From an uncultured Candidatus Binatia bacterium (GTDB taxonomy: Bacteria > Desulfobacterota > Binatia > UBA9968 > JAJDTQ01), in NCBI GenBank assembly GCA_965213675.1, contig OZ243916.1, forward strand, positions 2,496,001-2,560,000: a DNA stretch of 64,000 bases, in the 5' to 3' direction. This document shows, piece by piece, positions 37,133-45,959 of this stretch. Below the pieces are notes generated by a model. It made no database searches. It was given only the letters and a program-made list of their open reading frames with translations, and was not told the DNA's origin. Within the stretch, counting starts at the first letter, position 1; each line of letters starts with the position of its first letter. The translations under genes and the position numbers were made by a program.

Positions 37133-38641
37133 ATGCACGACATCGCGGGCGAACACGATCACGAAGGGGCGGCGGAGCAGGAGGAAGATCATCCTCTATG
37201 GAAGCTCGACACCGTTACGCTGACCAGCGTCGGCATCGACGTGGGCACGGCCACGTCCCAGATTCTGTTTTCGCGCCTGGTGCTCCGGCGGTTGGGGCGG
37301 GAGCTGTCCAGCCGCTTCGTGGTCACCGAGCGAAAGACGCTCTATCTCTCGCCGATCCGCTTCACTCCCTACACCGCCAATCGTGAGCGCATCGACGACG
37401 CGGCATTGAGCCGGCTCGTGGACGAGGCCTACGACGACGCGGGCCTCAAACCGAATGACGTGAACACCGGCGCCATCATCCTGACCGGCGAGGCGATCCG
37501 GCGGGACAACGCGCGTGCCATCGCCGACCTCTTCGCCGATCAGCGCGGCGACTTCGTCTGCGCCACCGCCGGCCACAACTTCGAAGCCCTGCTGGCGGCG
37601 CATGGCTCCGGCGCCGTGGCCTTTTCCGCGGAACAGGACTGCCGCGTTCTCAACATCGACATCGGCGGCGGCACCACCAAGCTGGCTCTCGCCGAAGGCG
37701 GACGGGTGCTCGGCACCGCGGCCTTCCACGTGGGCGGACGGCTGCTGGCCACCGACCGCGACGGCGCGATTACCGTGCTGGAACACGGCGGCAGGACTCT
37801 GGCAAGCCACGTGGGACTCGACTGGAACGTGGGAGACCAGGCGCACGCGGACGACATCGAGCGCTTGGCCGATCACATGGCCGAGGTGGTGTTGACCTTG
37901 GCCGGCGGGCGCAAGGTCGGCCCCGAGCTGGAGCCACTGTGGCTGACGCCCCCCTTGGACGGAGTCCGCGATGGCGACGCCGTGGTCTTCTCCGGCGGGG
38001 TGGGCGAATACGTCTACGGAAACGAGCGCGAGTCCCACGGCGACATCGGCGCGCCGCTGGGCCAGGCTCTGCGGCGGCGCATCGACGCCGGCGCGCTGCC
38101 TGGCAGCCTGGTGAGCGCGCGCGAATGCATCCGCGCCACGGTGATGGGCGCCGCGCAGCACACCGTGCAGGTATCCGGCAACACCATCCATCGCTCCGGC
38201 GACGACCTGTTGCCGCGCAAGAACCTTCAGGTGCTGCGTCCGCCCGTCGACATGGAAGGCGACATCGACCCGGACGGCATGGCGCGAACCATCCGAAGCC
38301 ACTTCCAGACGTTCGACCTGGTGGAGGGCAATGCCGAGGCGGCTCTCGTATTCGCGTGGCAGGGACCGCCCGCGGCCCATCGCATCGCCGCGTTCTGCCG
38401 CGGGCTCCTGGAGGGCCTGCCGCAAACCGTGGCGCGGAAACGGCCCATCTACCTCGTGTTCGACCACGACATGGCCGGCTTGGTGGGCGCCATCCTCAAA
38501 CAGGACTTCGGGCTCGCGGGCGACGTGCTGGCCCTGGACGGCATCACGCTCCGCGATTTCGACTTCATCGACCTGGGCCAGGTGCTGCAGCCGTCCGGCA
38601 CGGTGCCCGTGACCATCAAGTCACTGGTGTTCCAGTTTTAG
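37133..38641 (+). CDS. EutA-family (ASKHA/actin-like ATPase) reactivating-factor homologue
   Basis: SVGIDVGTATSQILFSRL, TGAIILTGEA, DFVCATAG, NIDIGGGTTK, FSGGV, IRATVMGA, FIDLG, PVTIKSLVF. Confidence 0.9.
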   Translation: MHDIAGEHDHEGAAEQEEDHPLWKLDTVTLTSVGIDVGTATSQILFSRLVLRRLGRELSSRFVVTERKTLYLSPIRFTPYTANRERIDDAALSRLVDEAYDDAGLKPNDVNTGAIILTGEAIRRDNARAIADLFADQRGDFVCATAGHNFEALLAAHGSGAVAFSAEQDCRVLNIDIGGGTTKLALAEGGRVLGTAAFHVGGRLLATDRDGAITVLEHGGRTLASHVGLDWNVGDQAHADDIERLADHMAEVVLTLAGGRKVGPELEPLWLTPPLDGVRDGDAVVFSGGVGEYVYGNERESHGDIGAPLGQALRRRIDAGALPGSLVSARECIRATVMGAAQHTVQVSGNTIHRSGDDLLPRKNLQVLRPPVDMEGDIDPDGMARTIRSHFQTFDLVEGNAEAALVFAWQGPPAAHRIAAFCRGLLEGLPQTVARKRPIYLVFDHDMAGLVGAILKQDFGLAGDVLALDGITLRDFDFIDLGQVLQPSGTVPVTIKSLVFQF

Positions 38642-38691
38642 GAGCCTGTCGGAGTAGGGGTGATCGGCTCCTCGCCCCAACGGAGGATGCC

Positions 38692-39456
38692 ATGGCAGGA
38701 ATTCTTCTGGACAAGACGGGCGGCGTGGCGTCGGTGGTCCTCGACCGTCCGCCCCTGAACGTGCTCAATCTCACGTTGCTACGCGAACTGCGACAGGTTC
38801 TGGACAAGGTGGACCGGGACGACGGCCTGGATCTCGTGGAGATCCGCGGCGCGGGTGAACGCGCGTTCTCGGCCGGCGTGGATGTGAAGGATCACACCCG
38901 GACGCAAGTCCCGGAGATGCTCGACCTCGTGCACGGGGTCATTCGGAAGCTGATGAGCCTGCGGCAGCCCACCATCGCGGTGGTGGACGGCGTCTGCCTG
39001 GGCGGAGGCTGCGAGCTGGCGTCGTCCTGCGATCTGGTGCTCGCTTCCGAGGACAGCTCGTTCGCCACGCCCGAGATCACCGTGGGCTGTTTCCCGCCGG
39101 TGGCGCTGGCTCGCTTCTCCTCGCAGATCGGCTACCACCGGGCCGCCGAGATGATCCTCACCGGCCGCCGGCTTTCCGCCCGCGAAGCCGCGGCCATCGG
39201 GCTCGTGAACCGTGTGGCGCCGCGCCATCAACTCGGCGCAGCGCTGGAAACCCTCCGGGGCGAACTGCTCGACAAGAGCCGCGCGGTACTGCGCATCACC
39301 CTGAGAGGCCTGCGGGAGATCGGCCTCAAGGAATTGTCGGCCGCCCTCGACCGCTCCGAGGAAATCTACCTCAAGGAACTGCTGGAAACTGAAGACGTCG
39401 AGGAGGGCGTCCAGGCATTCCTGGAGAAGCGCATGCCCCGGTGGCTGCACCGGTAG
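38692..39456 (+). CDS. Enoyl-CoA hydratase/isomerase (crotonase) family protein
   Basis: RPPLNVL, AFSAGVD, CLGGGCELA, PEITVG, DVEEGVQAFLEKR. Confidence 0.93.
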   Translation: MAGILLDKTGGVASVVLDRPPLNVLNLTLLRELRQVLDKVDRDDGLDLVEIRGAGERAFSAGVDVKDHTRTQVPEMLDLVHGVIRKLMSLRQPTIAVVDGVCLGGGCELASSCDLVLASEDSSFATPEITVGCFPPVALARFSSQIGYHRAAEMILTGRRLSAREAAAIGLVNRVAPRHQLGAALETLRGELLDKSRAVLRITLRGLREIGLKELSAALDRSEEIYLKELLETEDVEEGVQAFLEKRMPRWLHR

Positions 39457-39479
39457 GCAACCGCCCTTGCGTGTGGCCG

Positions 39480-39616
39480 CCCCGCGAGCCAGAAAATCCA
39501 CCTCGTAGCCCTCACGGGTGCGTACGTAGGTCACCTCGCACCCGCGCCGCTCCAACTCGATGAGCACGGCGGTCTCGAGTGCGTGACCGATGTTGGCGCG
39601 GCCCGTACGGTCGAAC
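39480..39616 (-). pseudogene. Internal fragment of a second AAA/DUF4143 gene
   Basis: FDRTGRANIGHALETAVLIELERRGCEVTYVRTREGYEVDFLAR; no start, flanked by unrelated genes. Confidence 0.7.
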
Positions 39617-39633
39617 TTGGGCGAACAGGCAGA

Positions 39634-40617
39634 TCAGGCGGGTTGGCTGTGCAAGGTCCGATGCACGGCTTCCACGATCCGCTCCTTGTCCGGGACGAAG
39701 AATTTCTCCAACGGCGGCGCGCATGGGACCGGCGCGTTGGGGGCGGCGACCCGCAGAATCGGGCTGTCGAGGTAGTAAAGGGCCTGTTCCTGAACACGGG
39801 CGGCCACTTCCGCCCCCACCCCGCCTTGCTCCACGGCTTCATGCACCACCACGAGGCGCGAGGTCTTCCGCACCGACGCCACGAGGGTGTCGACGTCCAG
39901 AGGCGCGAGGCTGCGGAGGTCGATGACCTCAACGGCGACTCCCTCGCCCGCCAGGGCGTCGGCCGCATCCAGGGCCGGCCCCACCATTCTGGAAACCGCG
40001 GCCACGGTCACGTCGGCACCGGCGCGAAGCACCGCGGCCTGGTCCATGCCAAGACCGCTTCCACCCTGGGGCGCCTCGGCCCGGGTGGAGTAGAGGGCCC
40101 GGTGCTCCACGAACAGCACCGGGTTGTCGTCGCGGATGGCGTGGCGCATGAGGCTCTCGGCGTCGGCCGGATTCGACGGCATTACCACCTTCAAGCCGGG
40201 GACGTGCAGGAACCAGGACTCCAGGCTCTGGGAATGATGCGCGCCCATATTGCCCTGGACGCCGCACTGCACGCGCACCGTCAGCGGCACCTTGAGTTGC
40301 CCGCCGGACATGTAATGGAGCTTGGCCGCGTGGTTGACGAGCTGGTCCATGGCCAAAGTGATGAAGTCCACGAACATGATCTCCACCACCGGGCGCAGCC
40401 CCGAAAGCGCGGCGCCGATGGCCAACCCCATGACCGTGCCCTCGCTGATGGGGGTGTTCACCACCCGGTGCGCGCCCAACTCCTCGGCGATGCCCTGGGT
40501 GACCCCGAAGGGCCCGCCGAGCGCCACGTCCTCCCCGAAGACGTACACCGACGGGTCATCCCGCATCTCCGCCAGAAGTCCCGAACGAATGGCTTCCAGG
40601 TAGCTCGATTCCGGCAT
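39634..40617 (-). CDS. 2-oxoacid/acetoin dehydrogenase E1 beta subunit
   Basis: GEDV, NTPISE, RPVVEIMFVDF, AHHSQ, EVIDLRSL.PLD. Confidence 0.95.
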   Translation of the reverse strand: MPESSYLEAIRSGLLAEMRDDPSVYVFGEDVALGGPFGVTQGIAEELGAHRVVNTPISEGTVMGLAIGAALSGLRPVVEIMFVDFITLAMDQLVNHAAKLHYMSGGQLKVPLTVRVQCGVQGNMGAHHSQSLESWFLHVPGLKVVMPSNPADAESLMRHAIRDDNPVLFVEHRALYSTRAEAPQGGSGLGMDQAAVLRAGADVTVAAVSRMVGPALDAADALAGEGVAVEVIDLRSLAPLDVDTLVASVRKTSRLVVVHEAVEQGGVGAEVAARVQEQALYYLDSPILRVAAPNAPVPCAPPLEKFFVPDKERIVEAVHRTLHSQPA

Positions 40618-40646
40618 GTTCACCTCACGGACGGGCTTGCGCCGCC

Positions 40647-41645
40647 TCACGCGCACACTTGCGTCGCGGCCTCCTCGGGCTCGGGCCAGGGAGACGCCAA
40701 CGCGAACTCCGCCGCCTCCTCCGCCAGAGCGCGCGCGTCCTGCTCCGCCTTCTCGAAGTCCTCGGCGGACGCGGCCCGGCGCCGCTTCAGCACCCGCGTG
40801 AAGCGCGCAATGGGGTCCTTCTTCTTCCAGTCGGCCAACTGCGACAATTCCCGGTACTTGCCGGGGTCGCCCTCATAGTGACCGCGGAGGCGGTAGGTGA
40901 GACATTCGACGAATGTCGGCCCCTTGCCAGCGCGGGCGTTGTCCACGGCCCGGCCCATGGCCTTGCGTACCGCCAGGATATCGTTGCCGTCCACGGTGGC
41001 GCCGGGGATGCCGTAGGTGCCCGCGTGCTGCGCCAGCCGCTCAACCCTGGTGTGGGCAGAGAGCGGCGTGAACTCGGCGTAGCCGTTGTTCTCGCACACG
41101 AAGATCACCGGAAGCCGCCACAGGCTGGCGATGTTCAGAGACTCATGGAAGGGGCCGGTCTGCCCCGCGCCGTCGCCAAAGAACACCACCGCCACCCGCC
41201 CGGCGCCCTTCTCCCGTGCCGCGAACGCCGCCCCCAGCGCCAGGGGCACCGTGCCGCCCACCACGCCGCTGGCGGTGACGAAGCCGGTCTCCGCGGCCAC
41301 CACGTGCATGGACCCGCCCTTGCCGCGGCAATAGCCGTTGGCGCGACCCGCCAACTCAGCCATGAGCCGGCTCACGTCCGCGCCCTTGGCGATGGCGTGT
41401 CCGTGGGAGCGGTGTCCACCGTAGACCATGTCATCGGTGTCGAGCAGCCCGCACACGCCCACCGCCACAGCCTCCTGCCCGATGCCGAGGTGCAACAGCC
41501 CGACGATCTCCCGCGCCGCGTAGAGCGCCGACACCTTCTCCTCGAAGGCGCGAATCACCCACATACGCCGGAGCAGCGACAGCAGGTCGCCACTGTCGTC
41601 CCCGCGGGTTGCCTGCCTGGTTCTCCCCCGCTTCGTTACCTTCAT
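40647..41645 (-). CDS. 2-oxoacid/acetoin dehydrogenase E1 alpha subunit
   Basis: HLGIGQEA, HRSHGH, GKGGSMH, GDGA...ENN TPP motif, TYRLRGHYEGD. Confidence 0.95.
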   Translation of the reverse strand: MKVTKRGRTRQATRGDDSGDLLSLLRRMWVIRAFEEKVSALYAAREIVGLLHLGIGQEAVAVGVCGLLDTDDMVYGGHRSHGHAIAKGADVSRLMAELAGRANGYCRGKGGSMHVVAAETGFVTASGVVGGTVPLALGAAFAAREKGAGRVAVVFFGDGAGQTGPFHESLNIASLWRLPVIFVCENNGYAEFTPLSAHTRVERLAQHAGTYGIPGATVDGNDILAVRKAMGRAVDNARAGKGPTFVECLTYRLRGHYEGDPGKYRELSQLADWKKKDPIARFTRVLKRRRAASAEDFEKAEQDARALAEEAAEFALASPWPEPEEAATQVCA

Positions 41646-41742
41646 GTGACTTCTCCCGGTCCTTCAACCCGCCGTCTGATCCGACCGCCTTCACGGGCGA
41701 TCCCGTGACGTCATACCCGGTCCGATTGGCCCCTCCCCGCTC

Positions 41743-41827
41743 CTGGGTTCCCGCTTCCGCGGGAATGACGTATTCGTGTCGTCTCCGCACAGGGCGGTTT
41801 GGCACAGCCTGTTCCGGGGGAATGACG
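41743..41827. repeat. Degenerate GGGAATGAC-type REP-like repeats (two units)
   Basis: TTCCCGCTTCCGCGGGAATGACG and TTCCGGGGGAATGACG; perfect relative at 57241-57266. Confidence 0.65.
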
Positions 41828-41848
41828 GTATGGGACGGTGGCGCCCCC

Positions 41849-43405
41849 TCAACTGCCCAACGAGACTGTCGGCCCGTCTGCCGCCAAGCGGCGAAACCGC
41901 GCCCGGTCGACCTTGAATGCGTGGGCCTCGGTGGCGGGCCACTGATAGAAGGCGTCCGGCACCTTGTAGCCCGGCAGGGTCTGGCGCAGCCACGCCGCCA
42001 GCGCCTCGGCATCGGGACCGACCTCGCGCAGCTGCACGAACGCGACGCAGCGCTGGCCGAACTCCTCGTCGGGAATGGGCACCACCACCGCCTGGTCGAC
42101 GCCGTCGTGATCGGTCAGAACGCGCTCGATCTCCTCGGGATGAATGGTCTCACCCCCGGAAAAGAAGCGGTTGTCGCGCCGCCCGATGACCGTCAGGTAC
42201 CCGTCCTCGCCGACCCTGCCGAGATCGCCGGTGGCGAACCAGCCGTCGCCTGTCAGCGGACGGCGCAGCTTGCCGCCATCCACGTAACCCATGAACAGGG
42301 TCTCTCCGGCCAACTGGATCTCCCCCTCTTCGCCGATGCGCAGCCGGCGGTGCGGCAACAGCTTCCCCGACGTCAGCCGCTGGGCCGTGGTGGAGCCCGG
42401 TCCCGTCGTGGCCACCTGCGACGCCATCTCGGTACAGCCGTAGCTCGCGAACACCGGCAGGCCGCGGGCGGCGGCGCGCTCCAAGAGTTTCAGCGGCACC
42501 GGGCTGCCGCCCAGGATAATGTAGCGCAACGCGGGGTAGCGCACGGACTCCGGCTGCCGCAACAGCCGGTGCAGTTGCGTCACCACCACCGACAGGTGCG
42601 TGACCTCGTACCGGCTCAGCACCGCGTCGAGTGTCTCCCCCCGGTCGGGCATCACCACCGTGGAGCCCGCCAGCAGGGACCGAAACAGGATGCCGAGCCC
42701 GCCCACGTGATACAGCGGCAAGTCCAGCAGCCAGCGATCACCGGGCTGGAGCGGCAGGTTCGTGTTGGAACCGGCGGCGTTGTAGTAGTGATTGCCGTAG
42801 GAGTGCAGCACCGCCTTGGGCGCGCCGGTGCTGCCGGACGTGAAAACGATGGTCGCGGGGCGGTCCAGCGGCATGGCGCGGTCCCGGTTCCGGCCGCCGG
42901 GCCGAACCGAAGCCGCGTCCGCATGGAGGCCTTCGCCGCTGTGGCCACCACCGGCTTCCTGCCCGTCGCCGTCCGTCAGGCTCGGCAGTTCGCCGCTCTC
43001 GATGACTCGGACATCCCCGTTCAGGACAGGCCGCCCGTCACCGCCGCCCGCCAGTCGCGCGCCCGCCGGGGCTTCCCCTGCGGATGTCTGCACGACCAGC
43101 CAGCGACAATTCACACGGCCCAGAAGGTCCGCCACCGCCCGCTCCGGAAGCCGCGTGTTCATGGGACAGCACACCGCCCCCAGGCGCAGGATCGCCAGCA
43201 GCCACACGAGGTAGTCCGGGCTGTTGGGAGCGCAAACGGCGATGCGGTCGCCGGGGTTGCATCCCGCCCGCTCCAACGCCGCCGTCACCCCGGTCACGCG
43301 CTGGTGAAACTCCGCGTAGGAGACAACCCGTGCGCCGCTGACCACCGCGGGCCGGTGGCCGCAGCGCTCGGCGGCTTCTTCGAGGGGGCAGCGAATCTCA
43401 GTCAT
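41849..43405 (-). CDS. menE: O-succinylbenzoate-CoA ligase
   Basis: FTSGSTGAPKAVLH, LPLYHVGG, YGCTEMASQ, TGDLG, GRRDN.F.SGGE; downstream of menB-menA. Confidence 0.9.
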   Translation of the reverse strand: MTEIRCPLEEAAERCGHRPAVVSGARVVSYAEFHQRVTGVTAALERAGCNPGDRIAVCAPNSPDYLVWLLAILRLGAVCCPMNTRLPERAVADLLGRVNCRWLVVQTSAGEAPAGARLAGGGDGRPVLNGDVRVIESGELPSLTDGDGQEAGGGHSGEGLHADAASVRPGGRNRDRAMPLDRPATIVFTSGSTGAPKAVLHSYGNHYYNAAGSNTNLPLQPGDRWLLDLPLYHVGGLGILFRSLLAGSTVVMPDRGETLDAVLSRYEVTHLSVVVTQLHRLLRQPESVRYPALRYIILGGSPVPLKLLERAAARGLPVFASYGCTEMASQVATTGPGSTTAQRLTSGKLLPHRRLRIGEEGEIQLAGETLFMGYVDGGKLRRPLTGDGWFATGDLGRVGEDGYLTVIGRRDNRFFSGGETIHPEEIERVLTDHDGVDQAVVVPIPDEEFGQRCVAFVQLREVGPDAEALAAWLRQTLPGYKVPDAFYQWPATEAHAFKVDRARFRRLAADGPTVSLGS

Positions 43406-43464
43406 GCCGTATCTCAATCAGCCTCGATGGGTCGATGCGGTGCGCAATGGGTGATTACCTGGGA

Positions 43465-43645
43465 GCTTGCGCCGCAGAAACTCGCGAATGCGAAAATTCG
43501 CTACCGCCGTCCCTTCGGCCGCTCGATTGAGGAGAATATCATGTCATATTTGACGAAATCGAGCGGCCGAAGGATTTGACGAGATCAAGCGGCCGAAGGG
43601 ACGGCTGAAAGCGAATTTGCAGCCGTGAATTCCTGCGGCGCAGGC
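43465..43645. repeat. Long imperfect palindrome with an internal 26-bp tandem duplication
   Basis: TGCGCCGCAG/CTGCGGCGCA, AAATTCGCT/AGCGAATTT and GCCGTCCCTTCGGCCGCT/AGCGGCCGAAGGGACGGC pair in nested order. Confidence 0.85.
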
Positions 43646-43781
43646 GCCTGACCGGTCCTGAGCTTGCCGGAGGGATCGGGACCCACGGAAAGAGAATCGG
43701 CGGAACCCTGAACCTGACACGGTTTGTCCTGAGCGTAGCGAAGTCGAAGGACCTGGAATCAAATCCGGCGGACTCCTGGAT

Positions 43782-44708
43782 TCAGAGCATCCAGCCGATG
43801 GAGAACACGGCGCTGTACAGCAGAAGCAGCCGGGCGGTGTCGGCGAGGACGGGGTTCAATTGCGGGCCTTCGGCCGCGTAGAGGCGGCGGAACGCCGGCA
43901 GGGCCGCGGCGATCACGGCGACGGTGGCGACGGACCAGGGGCGCCGGCCCGAGGCGAGGTAGAGAAGCAGCGGCAGCAGGCACGCCACGACCACGGCCGC
44001 GATGTATTCGAGGCGGGCGAAGCCCGGACCGAAGCGCACCGCCAGCGTGCGCTTGCCGGTGCGGCGGTCTTCATCGGCGTCGCGGAGGTTGTTGACCGCG
44101 AGGATGGCGACCGACAGAAGCCCCGGCGCCAGGCCCGCGACGATGACGGTGGCGTTCACGCTCAGCGCCTGGACGTAATAGGTGCCGGCCACCGCCACGG
44201 GGCCAAAGAAGATCAGCACAAAGAAGTCGCCGAGGCCCAGGTAGCCCAGAGGGCGGGGTCCACCGGTGTAAAGCATCCCGGCCGTCACCGACAGGACGCC
44301 GATGAGGGCGGCGGGCCATCCGCCGCGCCACACAAGATAGAGACCGCACAGCAAGGTCAGCGCCAGCACCACGAGGATGCCGCGCTTCATCATGCCCGGG
44401 GACACGAGGCCGGCCTGGGTCACTCGAAGCGGCCCCTGCCGGGCCTCGGTGTCGGCGCCCTTTTCGAAATCGAAGAGGTCGTTGGCGAAGTTGGTGGCCA
44501 CCTGGATCAGCACGGAACAGGCCAGCGCCGCCAGCGCCGCGGGGGCGTGGAATCCGCCGTCGCCGTAGGCCATGGCCACACCGATCAGGACAGGGGCGAT
44601 GGAGGCCCAGAGAGTCTTGGGCCTGGCCGCCAGGATCCATACCGTGACGGCGCCTGGCGGTGCCGGCGCGTGTCCGCCACCGCCGGTTGGTCCAGCGGCC
44701 TGCCTCAC
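43782..44708 (-). CDS. menA: 1,4-dihydroxy-2-naphthoate polyprenyltransferase (start uncertain)
   Basis: WILAARPKTL, NFANDLFDFEKGAD, YTGGP.PLGY.GLGD, NNLRD, GKRTLAVRFG. Confidence 0.95.
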   Translation of the reverse strand: MRQAAGPTGGGGHAPAPPGAVTVWILAARPKTLWASIAPVLIGVAMAYGDGGFHAPAALAALACSVLIQVATNFANDLFDFEKGADTEARQGPLRVTQAGLVSPGMMKRGILVVLALTLLCGLYLVWRGGWPAALIGVLSVTAGMLYTGGPRPLGYLGLGDFFVLIFFGPVAVAGTYYVQALSVNATVIVAGLAPGLLSVAILAVNNLRDADEDRRTGKRTLAVRFGPGFARLEYIAAVVVACLLPLLLYLASGRRPWSVATVAVIAAALPAFRRLYAAEGPQLNPVLADTARLLLLYSAVFSIGWML

Positions 44709-44831
44709 GGAACCCTTCGACCCTGTGCCTGGATGGTGCCTGTAACCATGCGACAGCCTGTGGCGTTGGGCGGGCTCGTACCTCAGGGCTTGTTCCGGGG
44801 CATCACTCTGACACCGGGGCTTGCGGCCGTT

Positions 44832-45653
44832 TCAGGGACGCTTGGGGAACTTGGAGAAGTCGGGCTGGCGTTTCTCCACGAAGGCGTTGCGTCCCTCCTG
44901 CCCCTCTTCGGTCATGTAGAAGAGCATGGTGGCGTTGCCCGCCAGCTCCTGCAGGCCGGCCTGGCCGTCGCAATCGGCATTGAACGCGGCCTTGAGGCAG
45001 CGGATGGCGATGGGCGACTTGGCGAGGATCTCGCGGCACCACTGGACCGTTTCCTCCTCCAGCCGCTCGTACGGCACCACCGCGTTCACCAGCCCCATGT
45101 CCAGGGCCTCCTGGGCGTTGTACTGCCGGCACAGGTACCAAATTTCACGCGCCTTCTTCTGGCCCACGATGCGCGCCAGGTAAGTGGCGCCGTAGCCGCC
45201 ATCAAAAGAGCCCACGCGCGGCCCGGTCTGCCCGAAGATGGCGTTGTCCGCGGCGATGGTGAGGTCGCACATGACGTGCAGCACGTGGCCGCCGCCCACG
45301 GCGTAACCCGCCACCATGGCGATGACGGGCATGGGGCAACTGCGCATCTGGCGCTGGAAATCCAGCACGTTCAACCGGTGCACCCCGGCCCCGTCCTTGT
45401 AGCCGGAATCACCGCGCACCTTCTGGTCGCCGCCGGAGCAGAACGCTTCCCGGCCCTCGCCGGTGAGGATCACCACGCCGATGGCCGGGTCGTTGCGCGC
45501 CTCGTCGAGCGCCTGGATCATCTCCTCCACCGTCAGCGGCCTGAAGGCGTTGCGCACCTCCGGGCGGTTGATGGTGATCTTCGCGATGCCGTCGGTCTTG
45601 TGGTACTTGATGTCGGTGAACTGTCCCGCTTCGGTCCATTCGATTACAGCCAT
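44832..45653 (-). CDS. menB: 1,4-dihydroxy-2-naphthoyl-CoA synthase
   Basis: [47 protein letters not shown]. Confidence 0.98.
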   Translation of the reverse strand: MAVIEWTEAGQFTDIKYHKTDGIAKITINRPEVRNAFRPLTVEEMIQALDEARNDPAIGVVILTGEGREAFCSGGDQKVRGDSGYKDGAGVHRLNVLDFQRQMRSCPMPVIAMVAGYAVGGGHVLHVMCDLTIAADNAIFGQTGPRVGSFDGGYGATYLARIVGQKKAREIWYLCRQYNAQEALDMGLVNAVVPYERLEEETVQWCREILAKSPIAIRCLKAAFNADCDGQAGLQELAGNATMLFYMTEEGQEGRNAFVEKRQPDFSKFPKRP

Positions 45654-45775
45654 GGTCAAACCTCGATTCGACGAGTCTCGATTCGATCATTTCGACGAGA
45701 CTTTTCCGAGCGGCTTACCATATCCTGCGGGGTTTTTCTGTAGCGGGGTCGAGCGATTTCACCACGACCCGGTTG

Positions 45776-45849
45776 CCAGGAGCCTGTGGGGAACTGGACC
45801 CATTTCCCTGCCTCGCCGTAGATTCCTGATAAACCCGACAGGCTCCCAG
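45776..45849. mobile_element. 66-bp MITE-like element with 4-bp target-site duplication
   Basis: CCAG|GAGCCTGTGGG...CCGACAGGCTC|CCAG; a related end, GAGCCTGTCGG, at 38642. Confidence 0.6.
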
Positions 45850-45959
45850 GCAGCGGAACGGGTGCGGTTCCGGCTGGGTGTGCCCCCTGACCGATAGTCT
45901 CCTCGAATCCACCCGAAACCGGCCTCTGTTTCGCGCCACGATGCGGCCGAACCGACAGG

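Noticed and set aside
41799-41816. TTGGCACAGCCTGTTCC as a sigma54 promoter
   Set aside because: No GC at the -12 position; it lies within repeat debris and points away from the E1 genes
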